A stretch of DNA of 63,320 bases, the filler included, from Bipalium vagum (lineage: Eukaryota): the NCBI GenBank assembly GCA_037834085.1. It is 3 parts of 3 records of this genome, joined end to end, with 100 filler letters (N's around TTAATTAATTAA, not from the genome) between each part and the next. Parts side by side here need not be neighbours in the genome. Positions count along the whole stretch, not along the records: positions 17,953 to 44,176 come from JBBMKC010156910.1; positions 44,277 to 63,320 come from JBBMKC010012741.1; 1 more part is not named here. One strand, 5' to 3'. Position 1 is the first letter of the stretch. Each line of letters begins with the position of its first letter. Shown here piece by piece: positions 40,830-54,605 of this stretch. The notes under the pieces were generated by a model, which worked only from the letters and a program-made list of their open reading frames with translations, was not told where the DNA came from and ran no database searches. The translations under genes and the position numbers were made by a program.

Positions 40830-41376
40830 CATATATATTCAAGATGGTTTCATTAGCACGGAATGTTATGACATCTGTATTTTGGAATACAAAAGAAATT
40901 TTTATTAAATTATGCTGAGAAATGAATGACAATCAAGGCCCAGTATTGTATTAACCTGTTGGGCCAATTTTATGTCGAAATTCGTGAAAACAACTAGGTT
41001 GGTATAAGAACAAAAATCATTTTTCTACAAGACAATGCACTCACTTACAAATGCTTTTAACCATTACAAAATTAAATGAATTGAAGTACGACTTGCTTTA
41101 CCATCCATCCTATTCACTCAATTTGGCTCAATCTGATTTCTTTCTTTTTCCAAACCTGAAAAAATTCCTTTTCGTGGCAATCAAGAAGTAAGTGGCGCTG
41201 AAGATAACTATTTTGCAGGCCGTGGTGAAATCTATTACAATTATAGTTTCCAATTTCTAGAAAAAGGTTGGACCAAGAATGTTTACCTAAACGTAAAGTT
41301 TACCTAATATAATGTGATTTTTGGAAAATAAATGTTTGTTCTTTTCATTTTCAAAACTTGTCAAACCATCCTTCGT
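40830..41376 (+). mobile_element. Mariner 3' half with right TIR
   Basis: NVMTSVFWNTK, FLQDNA, HPSYSLNLAQSDFFLFPNLKK; ends aacttgtcaaaccatccttcg-TA. Confidence 0.85.
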
Positions 41377-44176
41377 AAAATTGTCAAATTCTGTATGACC
41401 AATTATTTTCAGTCTTTAATTAAAAAGCTCTAATTCCTTTGAAATTCGTTCACTTATAAAATATTAAACTAGAATTATATTCTAAAGGTAGAGAAATTAA
41501 AGACCACCAAATATACTTTTTCAGATAGAACTGAAATTCATTTTAAAAACTATTGCAAAAAAGAATTTTAGAAGTGGTAATTAATTAATTAATTTAATTA
41601 GCAATGTATTGTTAGTATTCCAATTACATTGTGAACTCTTAAAATAATACCATTATATTCAGAGTTTTTTTAATTGAAAATGTGAAACCTGTTGAAAAGA
41701 TTATATTATATATTAATATGATTTCTTCAAAACAGCATATTTCTTTAAGATTAAAATAAAATAATAACGTAGAATAAAAATATATTTTGACTAAATCCTC
41801 TAATTATATTTTGTATTCATGGCTATTCAGTAACTGAATTTCGGTGACATCCTTCAATTTCATATGTGATTCGAAGATTTTTAGAAGTCAAAGTTATACA
41901 GTTATCGCTGTTTACGTAACCAAAAACTTGAAAGCCTGCTTCATCGTAATTAAAAACCTTTCCAATTATCAATATTCAGATGGATCTATCCTTAATGGAG
42001 AACCGGGAGATCTACGGGAACCTCAGCTCGACCACATTCGACTGAGCTAGATAATATTTCTTTATTTAATATATTAATTTTTTTTGAAACTTATACAGTC
42101 TTAATAGGTCCTATTATACACTAAGTAAATCAAATTTCTTTGCCCTCTTGAATTCTGGAATGATATGGATTAATGTGAAAAAAAGAATTTTGTACATATG
42201 GTTGAATAAACAACGCTCAGGACACTTATTTATTTCCTGGAGGTGAAACCATTACCGATGATGTTTATTTCAATCAATTATCCCGTCCAATTTTAAAAAT
42301 CAAAGGCCCATGTCTAGTATTAATGACTAAAAAGGTGTTATCATATAACACAACAACCTTAGATCTCATATCTAAAAGAGAAAAATTGGTAAAACTTGAT
42401 TGTAAGTTTAGGAATCAATTCTTGCATTTATAAATATAAATTTCTATATATTTTTTTAATAATTTTAAAACTATTATATCTGGTTTATTATTTGTAAAGT
42501 AATATAATCATTTAGAATGAATGCCAAATCTATTTTATTTTGTATGATACTTTATATTTGTCCTTGACTTTACAATTACTTTAAATATTTTTGGAAATTT
42601 AAAGAGCTCTGTAGGAAATTGTCCTTATAAATATTTTTGCGTTTATTTCCAACCACCTTTAGATTGATATGACATCACCATTACTCCGTCAAATAATAAT
42701 TATTATTTTAAAATTTAACAAAAAAACTTTCATTTAAAAATTTTTAAATATTAAAATATACTGATTATAAAAAGCATAATTTAATTAAATAATATTAATT
42801 AATTAATTAATTAGATTATCAAATAAGTATATTATAAATAAAATAAATAAATAAATAATATATCTAATCAATTAAAGTGATCTTAATATATGTTCTGTGA
42901 TATTTGTTTGAAATCTTGTAAATATAAATAAATATATTTCAATTACTTTTTTGTTTTAATTAATACCTCGTGAAAATTAGCATTTCTTGTTTTACGGCTA
43001 TTTCTACATGAGAGAAATTATTGAATTTTTCCAATGTGTATTTTTTCAGTACATGATCTGCTTTTTCATGCTACATTAATGTAGCTAAAATTTTAGCTAA
43101 TTCGTTGATCATTAAATTTACACATTAGTTATAGATATAAAAAGTCGAATAATTTCACCTGAAAGATAAATACAAAAGCGAAGTTAAACGTTACATTACA
43201 TGTGTTATTACAATAAAAACGTTACAAAAAATGGAAAAAATCAATATTTATACTTAATAATATGAAATAATGATTATTAGAATGCCCGGCAACATAATTG
43301 TAAAATATCAATTATCCAAATGGAATATCAAATCAGATAACAGGTTCAATGGCTTTGGTGTATAATAAACTATGAGAATATGTTAATCTTATATCAAATT
43401 ATATAATAAATTTAATGTATATTATTATTGATCTGAAATGTTTGCTTAGAATAATATGTATAGTGACAAAGAAATTGGTCTATTGTTCCTAATACTAATG
43501 TTTATTAATATTAACAAGTCAATTAGAAGACAATTAATATGATTAATAATAAATAAGAAAAGAAAGATGAAAAGAAAATTAGATTCTGATTTTAACGATT
43601 TTATCTATGTAAAATTTTTATTGGTAACCGGAAAATTTTGATCTATTCCAAATCATTTGGGTGAAATTTTTTTCTCGGAAGATTTCTTAGTATAAATTTA
43701 TTATAATAATTTATTATTTTCCATGCACACAAACCGTCAATAATGTGTAATCTATTATTTCATTGTAAATTCCAATTATGTTCACTATCATACTTATCGA
43801 TTGTTTTACTTTACAAGTTTTATAATAATATTAATATTAATATATATATATTAATAATATTATTAATACAATAAATGCTTCTTTGAAGATCTCATCACTT
43901 ATAACGTTCATTCTTCTAACTCTGTTTAAATATTATTCACTAATGAAATAAATGAAACAATTGTTAAGTTTCAACTAAAAAGATAATATAATATGAAAAT
44001 GAAAATGATTATTAATATTTATTCTGGTTAAGAATATCGAAATTGGACTTTTTAGGAACTTAACATAAACTTTATGTAAATTCAGAAGGATTTAGTGCGC
44101 GTACGTTCGAAGTTAAAGTTTGAGTGACAATAAAAATGTTGATTACTAAACTTGAACCTTTTAAACTTTTAAACAA

Positions 44177-44276
44177 NNNNNNNNNNNNNNNNNNNNNNNN
44201 NNNNNNNNNNNNNNNNNNNNTTAATTAATTAANNNNNNNNNNNNNNNNNNNNNNNNNNNNNNNNNNNNNNNNNNNN
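44177..44276. other. Artificial contig linker (44 N + TTAATTAATTAA + 44 N)
   Basis: Same structure as 17853-17952. Confidence 0.95.
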
Positions 44277-44419
44277 TTCATACATTGCGGTAGAACAAAT
44301 TAGTGGCTGTCGATTAATTTAAAAAATTAAAACAAAAAAATTTAATTAGATGCTAAATACTACAATTTATAAAAACGGCGGGAACTTAGTTGCCAACCTA
44401 ATATATTTGAAATATATTC

Positions 44420-44471
<52 letters not shown>

Positions 44472-44472
44472 T
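44420..44472. repeat. (TAT)n microsatellite, ~17 units
   Basis: Directly visible. Confidence 0.95.
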
Positions 44473-44516
44473 TACCTTTAATTATCTCTAAAATTTTCTG
44501 TTTTTTGATTTTAGAC

Positions 44517-47075
44517 CAGTTAGATTGTCCCCTTGAGCTCGGTGAAGCAATTCAGGAGAACGGTAGATGGGAAAAGTTTAAAAGAGAGCGGTGAAAATCT
44601 TTTTAAAATGATACGTTAATTTATTTATTTAATTTTTAAAACAGCAAATAAATTTTCAAATGAGTTCTGAATTTAATTATGCACAATTTAAAATTAAAAA
44701 CTCAAATCAAAATTAAAAAATTAATGAAAATTAAGGAAACATACAGTCTTGTTTAAATAATAATTAGTTTTCATTTAAATTTCAAATTTTAAGAAACTTA
44801 AATCAGTATTAAAAGTATCAATATATTAAACTTAAGTCTTAATAATTAAGTAATTTTTTAATAGATTTTATTAAGTTATTATGGCTGAATATAAGAAGAA
44901 ATGTCGCTATTATAATATCCAATATTTAAAATTAGGATTTATGGAATGTCCAACAAATAAAACAATATCGCAGTGTTTCATATGCCACAAAACCTTATCA
45001 AATGAAGCAATAAAGCCGTAAGACTACAAGAGAATTTAATCAAATTACATCCCGATGAGAAAGATGAAGATGTGCGCTTTAGTTTATGGTACAATTTAAA
45101 AAACCATTGTGTAATCATCATGTAATTTAATTTTTGTACCACATAAATTTTGATGACATAATAATTTTTAAATTTTAAAAATTATAAGATGAAAGAAGAG
45201 CAAGAGGAAATATCCACTAAAACAATTTGCAATTGGTAAATTATTTTTATTATTATTATGTATTATTATAATCAATCATAGTGATTATAATCATAATTCA
45301 ATCATAGTGATAAGAAGCACCCTTTTAAAAGTATTTTATTTTTTTATTTTCTACACTCATTTTCATAATTTATTTCTTATACGCTGAAGGGGTTCACACA
45401 AACAGGATCGAGTCAATGTGGCGGCCGATGAAGAGTTGGTTTCGGAAACGACAGTCGAATGAAGAGGCATTTGAGGCAACTTTATGCGAATATCTCGCCA
45501 GACGGGAATGGCGCTTAAATGTTGTCGATGGCTTTGAAGAGTTTCTGCTATATATACGGGAATGTTATTCATTTCATAAAATAATTTTGGTAGATTAAAT
45601 ATTCGTTGTTTTTAATTTATTAATTTTTATTATTGTGTTTAATTATATTTTGTACCACATATTTTAATGTGACCATATTTTAAATTTTATGATTATGTAA
45701 TGATTACATAAAAACATAATTTTTTGAATTGTACCACAAAGTAAAGCGCAACCAAAAAAAATTCCTTTAAGCAACAGTTCAATTAAAAGAAGAATAGATG
45801 AAATGGTTCAAGATTTAGAAATCATTTTGTGTAAGTATTTGAAAACATCGATTTTTTATCCAGCTTGATAAATTGACTTTACCAGACAATGAATATGTTT
45901 TATGTATATGTACGATTCATAAGAAAAGAAAAAATTGATCAGAAAATATTATTTGTAAAGAGTTCGGTTTCTAATACTAAAAGTGAATCAATATTTCAGG
46001 AATTACAAAAATATTTCATAGAAAATGATAATCCTCTTAGCAATATTCTGTCATTTGCGACTGACGGTGCTCCAGCAATGTTAGGACGTTATCTAGGGTT
46101 TGTGGTACATATAAAAGAGCATTTACCCAATTTATATGTTATTCATTGCGTTTTACACCGTCAACATTTATTGGCTAAAAATCTCAGTGAATGACTGAAT
46201 AAATCATTGCAGTATGTCATTAAAGAATTCAATAAAATAAAAGGAAATACGTTAAATAGCAGATTATTTAAAGACCTTTGCGAGGAAAATGACGAGAAAT
46301 TTAATCATTTATTACTTCACACTGAAATTCGTTGTTTGTCACGAAGTAACTGTTTGCCACGATTTTATATTCTGTTTAACTGTGCTCGAGTTTTTAGAAC
46401 ACATGGATAGTGTCTTAGGGCTTAATTTGATATAGCTTATTTAACAGATATTTATGACAAATTTAATAAAATGAATTTGCAAATTCAAAGTAATAATCTA
46501 AATTTAATTCAAACGAAATGCGTTATTTCTGCTTTCGTGCAAAAATTCAGATTTAAAAACAAAAGTTGGGTCGAAGAGAATTTAAGCACTTTCCACATTT
46601 ATAAGAGGTTGAAACAACTGATCATGATATTATCAATTATTGTGATCATTTGGATTCCATTTACTTTATTTCAATGACAGATACCAAGATATTTGAAAAA
46701 TTGACATTCGAATTGGCTTTTAAATCCTTTTTATAGATACAGGCAAAGATAAATCTTTAATATCGCAAGAGGAGTTGAAAGAAATTAAAACAAATGAAGA
46801 ATTTAAATTTACGTGTGACTACCAAAACTTACTAGTAGTTTCAATTTTTATGTATAATAAAAATTATTTTATATTTTTATCTCCTTATTTTCATGTTAAG
46901 ATATGACATTCAATTAAATTCGACGTTAAAGGTGGCAGATTTTTAAGTTTCAATGTTTCTACTATGTTTATAGTATATTATAGTACATTTGTTTATTGAT
47001 AAAAAAGAATTTAAGTGGGCGATGAGAAATTTCTTTTTCAAAAAGGGGAAAGCAGATAAAAAAAGTTTGAGACAA
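44517..47075 (+). mobile_element. Decayed hAT transposon of the Buster/SCAND3/FAM200-like group, interrupted by a Merlin element
   Basis: MAEYKKKCRYYNIQYLKLGF...QCFICHKTLSNEAIKP (BED-like, 44881), IPLSN..IKRRIDEM, ATDGAPAMLG, IHCVLHRQHL, LLLHTEIRCLS; terminus-like aaaaagtttgaga near 47070. Confidence 0.88.
45071..45753 (+). mobile_element. Non-autonomous Merlin (IS1016/IS1595-like) element
   Basis: ~30-bp TIRs tgcgcttta(g/c)ttt(a/g)tggtacaatt(t/c)aaaaaa. Internal INHS and GVHTNRIESMWRPMK...LCEYLARR, matching the Merlin HTxxIExxW...ExxxR C-terminus. Confidence 0.8.
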
Positions 47076-49941
47076 TAAATTTAATTTGAAATTTCGCTCG
47101 TCTATGTTTTTCTTTTAATATTATATTTATTTTAATTCCGAACAATTTTAAAATCATAAAAAAACGCATTCAATTCTGAAACATCACACAACCTGAAAGA
47201 AATTAGCTTAACAAGGTTATTCATAAAAAACACTGTACCTAACTATGAAAATGTCGGTACAGATGAGAGTGATTTTAATAATTAAATAATAAAATCATAT
47301 ATAAGTTCACAACATCATAATAATTAATTATTAATAAAATTTTATCAAAATAAAAGTTCTCCCCGAAATCATTTTCAATATCCAACCTTGAATCAATTGA
47401 TAATCAAACAATAGCACATATAGCATGATCTTGTGAAGTCTTTGGTTTGTAATTATTAATAATACAAAATTGTGAAAATGTATATCAATTTGTATATTAT
47501 TTCATGTTACTCAATTTGAAAAAATACTATAACTTGTAATTTCTTTTTACTTATTTTATATAATAAATTATTATTAATAATTATAGAAATTATAGAAACC
47601 AATATAAAATAAGATGAAGAGGAGAAAATCGCAAAAATTTTATTTTAAAACTTTTAATATGAAACAGTAAAAACAGTTCATTTTACAAAGCATCAAATAT
47701 CACAGACATAAGGCAGGTTCGGAAAGCAACCTAAATATGCTTGAAGGAAAAGAAACAGTCGGTATCAGCTTTGCAAGGAAGTCTTTTATCTGTAGAAATA
47801 GATGAAACAAGATCAAATACTCATCAATAGAGTACAATGACAAGGGGAATTTATTTTCATTTCTAAAATGAAATAAGAGAAAAATAAAAGATCTTTTGAG
47901 AAAAAATATTTTGTCAAAATTCGAAGTTTCATCAAACAAATAAACCTGAAAAATATAAAAGAAAAATTACAATATATAATTTTTAATATTTTATATTAAG
48001 CAAGCTGTATTAATCGACTCTCTCGCTTTATTGTAGTTAATTTTAACAATACTTTTAAAATTACTCAAGAAATAAGACATTACATTGTATTGTTCTCCCG
48101 ATACAACAAGATTCTACAATAAATATCAGTGTAATTCTTAAATGAAACGTAATTAATCAACCTATAGTCAATATCTTTCAAGTCATATCTTAACACGTTT
48201 AGCTTTTATAAATATAACTCCATTAATCTCCCGTCCGCGTTCTATTAATCTAGAAAGAATATTTTTAAAAAAAGCTCAAAATCTGAAGATCTCACAAAGA
48301 CTTGTTTTTTGAGAATTTTTTTTTCTTCCTAGAGTTTATCAAAAAGTTGTCATTTGTCATTAAAAAATTCTGTTTATTAATAGTTGACAAAGAATTTATT
48401 AAAAAAATTTTTGAGTATGAAAAAGTATTTGAGATCCAAGAATTGTTATCAATATTAAAGTTAATTATTTGTTATGAGGAAGTCCTTTGTCAGTGATTGT
48501 GCTTGTTGGTAATTTGGGACTGAAAGAATCCAGAAAGCTTGTCAAAAACCCTGCCCCAAAGTTGTCTTTAAAATACTGTTTTTTTAATCATTCATAAAAT
48601 AAAATAACATAAAATTTATATTACATTAATTTTTCCTTTATGTTCTTTTCTCTTTAGTGAAACTGCTCATTAAATAAACTGAGAGGGTTAAATCTCTGTT
48701 ACACTACTGAAACATTGTGATATCATGAGTCACAATTTTTGTTGTACGATTCAATAAAAGTTTTAGACCTGTTTGATAAACACAACCATAAGATTTTGAA
48801 GACAAACATTTAGTAGACTCGGTTATTATAAACATTACAACTGTCGACATTACTAAGAAAAACTTTATAAAAATAAAAAACGGTTAGAAAAAAGAAATAT
48901 GGTGTTGAAAGAACAGTCAATTTGATTCTGAGTTCCTTTACCAGGAGATATTTATCAATGTCTCTGAGATTCGTAGATGTCCTTTAAACAGCACGCCATC
49001 AAGTAGTCAACGTGTTTAGAATAGGCCGTATATTTTGAACTCATTTTAAATTAAATTAAAACTAAATGGAATCATATCCATATATTCTAGTTTTATAAAA
49101 TCCTCTAATTAAAGTGATTTCTAATCCTAATTTTCCTTTGACTTCGTTTTAATAATTCATTTGGGGATTAAATTTTCTAATTTTATATTTGAGTTAATTA
49201 TTAAAATTAGATAATTTCACATTCCGGTATTTCTACAAATAAATTTATTTGCTTACTGATATTTTCATAATTAATTTATGCATTTTGACTGTGAAATAAA
49301 CAAAGAACAAATTTTATTTTTCAATTTATTCTAACTTATTTAGCAGAAAGACAATTACTTCCGTATACGTTTATTTGTTTAAGCATTTTTATTATTATTA
49401 TTTTACACTGTTACCCTTCAGTTAAATCTGTATGTTTAAACAAATAAATTTCGTTAAGTAATCGTGTCCATTTCAATTTTCGAAATTTAATATTATCAAT
49501 AGTAAGTGTGAATATAAAAAGAAATAACAAATAACAAAAGAAGAAACAAAAAAATATTATCCCTGTGTATACTATCATGTACAAAATAGATATTTAGACA
49601 AATATTTATTGATAGTTCATTTTTGGAAATTTTGATAAACATTTTTTATAAAAGCAAAAAATTGAAAATATTAATAAAATATATATAATTTATAATAAAG
49701 TATTTAAATGAATTTTTCTTTTAAATAAAAGACGTATTTCTGCAAAGGCTGTTATTAGATAAATGTTAAATATATATTTTTTGAAACCTAGATAATCAAG
49801 AAATACTAAGTAATAATTTATTTAAGGCTTTAAAAGTTAAACTTTAACCTCAGAGTTTATTTATTTTTCAACTAAACGCTTTTTATCTCTATTGCAAAAT
49901 CAGCAAAATTTTTAATTATTATGAAACTTGTTTCGAACACG

Positions 49942-51060
49942 TACGATGTTAGACTAAAAACTACTTAGACTCTTCCAGAAATAATGAAGATAACTGAACA
50001 AAATTGTTATTAACAATACATATACATGTATAGGTATCATTTCTCGACATAAACGCCGTTTATATCGACGAACTTATTCCACCGGTCAACCATTCCATTG
50101 AAGCCCATTTCAAAGAGATTTTTATTCTTCTCCATAAAGAATTTCGCCACATTATCCTTCATATCATCATTTGAAATAAATTTTTGTCCTCGCATGTATT
50201 TCTTCAGATGGTTGAACAACCAGAAATCTGGACTGTAAGTGGGATGTTCAAGCTGTACAAATCCAGCATTTGCTAATATTACTTGAGATTTCTTTGATTT
50301 GTGAATATGAGCATTACCATGGAGCAAAAATATCCTGTTTCGGAGGCTTGCGTAAGAGATTACTGTAGTAATCGGAATTTATGATTTCTTCAGTAAAATA
50401 TAGCTTCAAGATGCCTTTTCTATCCCGAAAGATAGTCAACATGGCACATTTACGATGCAAAATTTCCAAACGCGAGACTTTAGATGGCTTCTCACTTTGA
50501 AAAACCCATTCCTTTGACTTTCTTTTAGAGTAAGAAATGCAGAGACTCAATAACGTCTCGTCTGTAGTAATGATATTCCATTAAAATAATAGCCAAACAT
50601 CATCCAGAAGACAAAGATTCCTTTCACAGGCCATTTGTCGTCAAGTCATTATATTGGCTGTTAGAAATCTCGGAACAAACCTGCTACATAGTTGTCAATT
50701 CCAATTTGGTCTAGAAGCAACTGAGTGGTTTGTTTGCATACATTTCGCTTCTCAGAAAGCTGAGATTGAGTAATTTTTCGTTCTTTTTTTACAATTTCTT
50801 TCAATTTTTAAATAATTTCTTCATTAATTTCGGCAGTTCTTCCGCGCTTAGATGCTTCATAAACACTTGTACGGCCAGATGAAAAATCGCGGATCGTTAT
50901 AGATGGTCGCCTCACATACATGGGGGTTTTCACTGTATACCCCTTTTAGTTCATTAATAACTTCCTGCTTGTTAGATCTCTTCAGTAGTAAAAACCGGAT
51001 TACACTTTGAAATTCTACATTTTCAAACATTTTTTTGAATTTATCATATCTAGTGCAAAC
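49942..51060 (-). mobile_element. Near full-length decayed mariner
   Basis: VEFQSVIRFLLLK, FVPRFLT, IITTDET, LHGNAHIH, HPTYSPDF, RWNKFVDINGVYVEK; TIR-like cgatgttagactaaaaactacttagact. Confidence 0.9.
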
Positions 51061-51099
51061 AAAAACATTATTTGATCAAAACATATATTTCACAACTAT

Positions 51100-51520
51100 T
51101 ATATATACTCACGGAAAAAAGTAAAAAGCACCCTAAAATCAAAAAATTTGGGTGTGAGTCCTTTATCGATATGTAGGCAAAGACACCTTCTTTATCAACT
51201 TTTTTTCTCAGTTTCAAATTCTCTTTCAAGTCCAACAGCATTTCAGCCATCTCAACACTTTCATCTCCTGGCTCATAATTTTCTAGATCTACAAACCAAA
51301 GTGGATAGTCTTTCTTTAATAGATCACTGTATCTTCTCTCAAAGTCAACATGAAGACCTTCAAGATGGGCAATGCATGCTGCAATGCATTCTAATGTTGA
51401 AGCAGTGGTGTTGAAATTTTTTTCTCAAACTGTTTCTTCCAATATTTCAATTTCCCCATATAACCTTTTATCTTCGATTTTTGGAGTCAGGTTTAGACTT
51501 GATACACTAAATAGTGAACA
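51100..51520 (-). mobile_element. hAT (Buster-like) C-terminal fragment
   Basis: KIKGYMGKLKYWK...HLEGLHVDFERRYSDLL...PLWF...EMLLDLKEN. Confidence 0.6.
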
Positions 51521-52189
51521 ATAGTGTGACGTTTACATCAACAGATACTGATGAAGAAGGTTTAGATATATCATTCTAAGAAAAACATCGTCGTACTTGC
51601 CAATCCGACAAATGTAAGAACAGAACAACTGAGCTTTTAATGCTTGTCAAAAGCCCTTAAGTGATACATAAGAACAAGAATTTCAAATTCGAAAAGGACT
51701 ACGATTTCAAATTCCAATTCAAATTTACAAAGCGTTTCAGTTTATTTGCAAAAGACGACAATCATTCGAAGTCTCACCTCATTTCCATAGTATATGATAT
51801 ATTTTGATTACAGTAAATTTTGTTCATTTTATAATAATTTATTATAGTTTTTATTATTTATTATTATTAAACTTATTTCATTATCTCTGGTAAACTCATT
51901 TAGTTTACACAGATAAAATTAAATTGACTCTAAAATCTAAAACTTTCCCTGGTAATCACTAGTAATAGGGTTGCCTTCACTTTTGTTTTTGCATCCTCTA
52001 ATTTTTCTCTTTTGTAACCTAAGACCCCATATTGAGTATTTGTAACTTGAATTCAGTCACTTTTAGGGAAACTTAACATATTCACCATTTGTCTGGTGGT
52101 CTTTCAAGAGCGTAGTGTATCTTCAATTGATTAGTCAATGTTCAAAAATTTTGCAAATCATTTTTGAGAGGTTTTCTCTTTTAACCGAA

Positions 52190-52968
52190 CGGATGAATTT
52201 TATTTCGCATAATGAATTAGACATGAAAAAATTAACGGCAAGATTGGTGCCGCCTTTGCTTACAGTTGAACAAAAACAAATAAGAATGAATCTTTCTCAA
52301 GAGTGTTTGGCAAAGTTTCAGAAGAATAAAAGTGATTTTTGGCAAAAACTGTCAACACTGATGAAACATTGGTTCATTACTACACCCAGAAAGCAAAATC
52401 CAATCAAAGCAGTGGAAACATTTGAACTCTCCACCTACAAAGAAAGTGATGGCCGCTAAATTTGCTGGTAAGGTTATGGCATCAATATTATGGGATCCCA
52501 AAGGAATTCTTATCATCGATTATCTCCAAAAAGGTGAAACAATCAATGGAAAATATTAAGTAAAGCTGTTGGATAAAGTGAATACCATTATTAATGAAAA
52601 AGACCCAGTTTGCAAAAAAAAATTTCATCAAGATAATGCTTGTCCACATACGGCACTGATTACAATGGTAAAAATCAATCAAGTAAAGTACGAATTTCTT
52701 CGACATCCCCCATATTCACAAGATTTGACTCCCTCTGATTTTTACTTGTTCCCAAAGTTGAAAATTTTTCGTGGTTTTTTTTCCACAATTTCTTTCAACA
52801 ACAGAAGAGATTCATGAATCCGTAAATCATTATTTTGGAAGCCTTGAAGAAAATCACTTTCGAATTGTATTAATTTTGAGGAAGATTATGTTGAAAAATA
52901 ATGTAATTTTTGTTAAAATAAAATTGGTTTTTCTTTTTCATTTCGTGAACTTTTCAAACCAAACTCGT
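52190..52968 (+). mobile_element. Mariner 3' two-thirds with right TIR
   Basis: LDMKKLTARLVPPLL, TDETLVHYY, HQDNACPH, HPPYSQDLTPSDFYLFPKLK; ends aacttttcaaaccaaactcg-TA. Confidence 0.9.
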
Positions 52969-54557
52969 ACAATAAAGTTGGTTTGATAAATGTAACAAAA
53001 ATAAAATAATTAAAAGAAAATTTTAAATTAATAAATTTAAATTCTGTTAGATGTTCCATAAAGATTTTAAATATACTTACTTTTCAGATCAGATAAGAAA
53101 TTTAGTAATGTAAAAATTAAAAATTAAAATTAATTTTTCACTAACAATAAAAAACATTGTTTAATATAATTAATAGTTATTTTTTAATGAGTTCATTATG
53201 ATAAAAAAAAGATACTTTATTCCTTTATGAAGAAGATCAATTATATCACATTACGTAAATAATTTCAGATTAATATTGGTTTGGTACTTTCATTAAATTT
53301 CTCTAATTAATTTCAATAAATAAATATTTGCAATTTTTATGTAATATGATAACCGAAAAAAATTATTGAACAAATTTAAGATTGCTGGATAAAATAGGTA
53401 ACTTTTACATTGTTTTTGACGGCGACTATCTATGATTATGATTGATTAATCAATGAATAAAGTTTAAATGATTAAGAGTGTGGCGCCATTTTCGTACGAG
53501 CAACATAATCAAGAGTATTATTAATACTGCCATATGAATTTACTTGTGGCGTCATTACTTTCAATATGTATCTTTAGACTTTAGGAGAGTTCATTTGTAG
53601 TTGAGCAATCCTATTTATGAACAAAGCTCATTTCGTCTTGCCTCTAAAGGTCTGAAAATTCAGGAATTTATTTTTTCTCTTTTTTCGAAATAATTTGTTT
53701 GAATGAAAAGAAAAATATATTTTAAAAATGTTACATTTTTATCGAAAAAAATTTTAATTATTCAAAATCTATTATTAGATATTGATAATCAAAGAATTTT
53801 AACGTGGTTCAGAAAAAAGATTCTTAATGTTTTTTGTAAAAAGATTTACAAAAATATGAACTTAATTAATATTTTAAAAAGTTCGTTATTTTCGTTTATT
53901 ATCCAGAATGCCATCCCATTTCATTAATATTCATAAAAACAGTTTGTTTAGCTGAATTTCTAAAATCAATTCGGATCTTCAAGCTCATGCTGCAAATACA
54001 TTTATCAAATAATGACATTTCCTTCAATGTTATCATTAATTTTAATGATTTCAGAAGAGATTAATTTTGGGTAAACTCGGAGAGATTTTTCTCAAATTGT
54101 TGAAATTATTAACTAACAAGAACAATGATTAATAATTATTGCAAAATTCAATAATAAATTAACAACTTTAACTTCACACCTTCAGATGCTTTTTAATAAA
54201 TATATGTTATATGCTGAACAATTAATGTTATGTTAAAGCCTGTGAATGACTTCAAATTATAATTTAATAATGGGAACGAAAATTTTTTAAATTACTATTT
54301 TTACTTAGAAATAAAATGATTTGTGATTTGTAAATGTCCGTAGTAAATTATTTAATCAAAAATATTAATAGATAAATTTAATTGAAATAAATATTAGACT
54401 TATTAAAATGATATTTTTGCACTTTAAAATCTAGCACGATGAAAACAGAGATCAGTGGATAATATTCAAAGGATAGACTGTAAATTCAAGACTTGAAATA
54501 TTGAACACTCGAAAAAATTCAAACATGGTATTTGTGAGATAAATTGAAAATTAGTCA

Positions 54558-54605
54558 GGGGATGTAGCTCAGCGGTCAGAGCAGTTCATGCGCATGTGAA
54601 GGTCC
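54558..54605 (+). tRNA. 5' part of an interrupted tRNA-Ala gene (anticodon probably CGC; anticodon arm slightly degenerate)
   Basis: GGGGATG-TA-GCTC-AGCGGTCA-GAGC...TTCAT-GCGCAT-GTGAA-GGTCC: acceptor 5' strand, A-box, D-arm, anticodon arm and variable loop. Confidence 0.85.
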
